From Meyerozyma guilliermondii (Eukaryota), in contig CP128816.1 in assembly GCA_051546255.1 (NCBI GenBank), positions 248,001-312,000 of the forward strand: a stretch of DNA of 64,000 nucleotides. The letters run 5' to 3'. Made by a program: the position numbers and the translations under genes. Each line of letters opens with the position of its first letter. Within the stretch, counting starts at the first letter, position 1. Under the pieces are notes generated by a model, which was not told where the DNA came from, did no database searches, and saw only the letters and a list, made by a program, of their open reading frames with translations. This document shows positions 62,319-64,000 of the stretch, in pieces.

Positions 62319-63331
62319 GAGAACGACGAAGAAGATCGTATTCAATGATCGAGGAATGAGCTTAGAAGCCTTGGTTGAATATTTATTGATTGACAACTTC
62401 GAACAATATTGAAGATTGAACAGTGACACATGCTCAAACAACTTCGAAATTAATTGCAGCGAACAATCATAACCCACGAGAACATTGTATATACCACGAG
62501 GATAATAATAAACGAATCACTGGGGAACAATGCAGAAAAACAAATTAATCAATTAATCGATTTACTTTATTGTTTTGGCTTAGTTTTTACATAATTACTC
62601 TCTACTTCGTACTTTTTACCTAAACTCGATCTCAAATATCTGGGGAATGCTTCAGCTCAGGAAAAATCGCTCATAGCCCAATGCGCTCCATTTTTAAATA
62701 GCCACTCTGCATCGTAACGCGCATCCTATTCTCGTACTTACCAAATCGGGCCATCCCGAGGCCGTAATTTCCCGCATTGTATCACACTGTGCAGGGTCTG
62801 CAGCACCTCCTAGCATCGCTGCAATGCAACCAGTAGCCAAAAATACACCAATATATATTCGATATCTTTTAATCTATTTCAATCTTTCTATTTCTCCAAC
62901 TTTTTCATTTCCAATCTTTATTTTTCTCAATCTTTTAAACTATTCAAACCTTATTATTTCTAAATCTCTCATTTTCTTTGCGGCCATTTTTAGCTGCGCG
63001 ATGCCAATATGCCCGTCGCTAAAGCAGGAAGTATCCGGCATACAACCCACCGGTTCTGCAGATAACTGCGCCACGTTCTTAAGCCGTTATTCAGCCCACA
63101 TGGGCACCCGGCCCACATGGGCTATATTTAGTATGGGTTTTCATTTATTTAAATACCTTTTGCTGAACTACGAATTCAATCGTAACTTGCCACCGAAAGG
63201 GCCGTTTGGTTTTCCTGAAACATCTTGAAACATATTTTTTATTATTGCCCATTCCACATCGTCTCCACTTTGTTCTGCTAATAAAGGTGGTTCTAATTTC
63301 GTTCATTTTTTGACTTTGTTTTGCGTCCGTG

Positions 63332-64000
63332 ATGAAGTTGTTTCTCTTTTGCGTCTACGCAAACTTGGCTTTGGCCCTTAATATCCTTCTTTCCACCCCA
63401 GACTCGTGGGTCACCAAGAATGTGCGTCACTTGAAGGCGGCACTCGAAGCTCAAAATCACACAGTGGTGGCCATTGCTCCACTATACGACAATATGGGAT
63501 CCCAGAAATTGGTTTCTGACGAAAGTTCCATAACGATAGATACCCCAGTGACCGCTGATTTCAACGTAAAGAGACTGGTCCAGTCCGCTGAAGCCATTGC
63601 TGATGGAGGTGATTTCGGCCATCTCCTTCCCGTTCACCAAATCTACTATAAACATATTAAAGCCATGAACCTGGCGGCTGGAAAAAGACCTAGAAACGTG
63701 GTTCACAAAGATGATGTTCCTCAAGAGTCTGTGGTCTCCTATGACGTTTTTGGCCAGGATCCTCTCGACCCATCGTTTTGGTACGTCGACTCTCTGCCGG
63801 TATCTACCCTTCTCATCGGGTTGGATATCATTTTGCCCAAATATTACCCCGATTTCAAGCCCGACTTGGTGATTTTGGGTCCCCAAGAAGGCATCTCTTA
63901 TACCCCACAAGCCGCCTCAGACTACTACGAGTCGATACAAGCCATGGCAGCTATTTCCGCTTCGCAAAACCACTCCACCATCGCTGTTTCCAGCGAAGAT
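63332..64000 (+). CDS. Secreted SurE-family phosphatase-like protein (3'-partial; not in the ORF track)
   Basis: Open frame to the window end: MKLFLFCVYANLALA-LNILLSTPDSW...HTVVAIAP...FWYVDS.P...GLDIILP..PDLVILGPQEG...TIAVS. Confidence 0.8.
   Translation, partial: MKLFLFCVYANLALALNILLSTPDSWVTKNVRHLKAALEAQNHTVVAIAPLYDNMGSQKLVSDESSITIDTPVTADFNVKRLVQSAEAIADGGDFGHLLPVHQIYYKHIKAMNLAAGKRPRNVVHKDDVPQESVVSYDVFGQDPLDPSFWYVDSLPVSTLLIGLDIILPKYYPDFKPDLVILGPQEGISYTPQAASDYYESIQAMAAISASQNHSTIAVSSED

Noticed and set aside
62824..63910. ORFs 62824..63228 (+) and 63482..63910 (-)
   Set aside because: The first is pyrimidine-rich low-complexity sequence; the second is the antisense shadow of the SurE-like gene.

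Overview
A gene-dense, compact stretch of budding-yeast chromosome from the CUG-Ser (CTG) clade. Several CTG codons fall where homologues have Ser; the gene content is compatible with a Meyerozyma/Debaryomyces-type yeast, which is an inference. It holds about 34 protein-coding genes and one tRNA-Gly(CCC). In order: PMT2 (partial), ISA2, TPD3, PMU1-like, VTC5, MET5, NBL1, RPN10, a GAF protein, CSM3, a REEP/Atg40-like protein, IPA1, PPX1, PMT4, TSC1, a YJR142W-like Nudix, an unknown helical protein, translin, HIR3, ILT1, RAD4, a mitochondrial PPR-like protein, FUM1, SPT2, RIT1, an FSH hydrolase, ABD1, a Con7-like zinc finger, SGM1, UTP9, XPT1/HPT1, NMD5, a frameshifted SNG1-like gene and a partial SurE-like gene. 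I saw no transposon or CRISPR array. Features the ORF track misses: two short introns (translin, HIR3), a one-base frameshift in SNG1, a catalytically degenerate secreted SurE homologue at the right edge, and a tRNA-Gly(CCC) with a GCC-type body. Other notable structure: a dense TGCAT motif field in the 2.1 kb upstream of the zinc-finger gene, a recurring intergenic GGYTGCRAA motif, and a GGF repeat array in Rad4. All family calls come from recalled motifs, not from searches.
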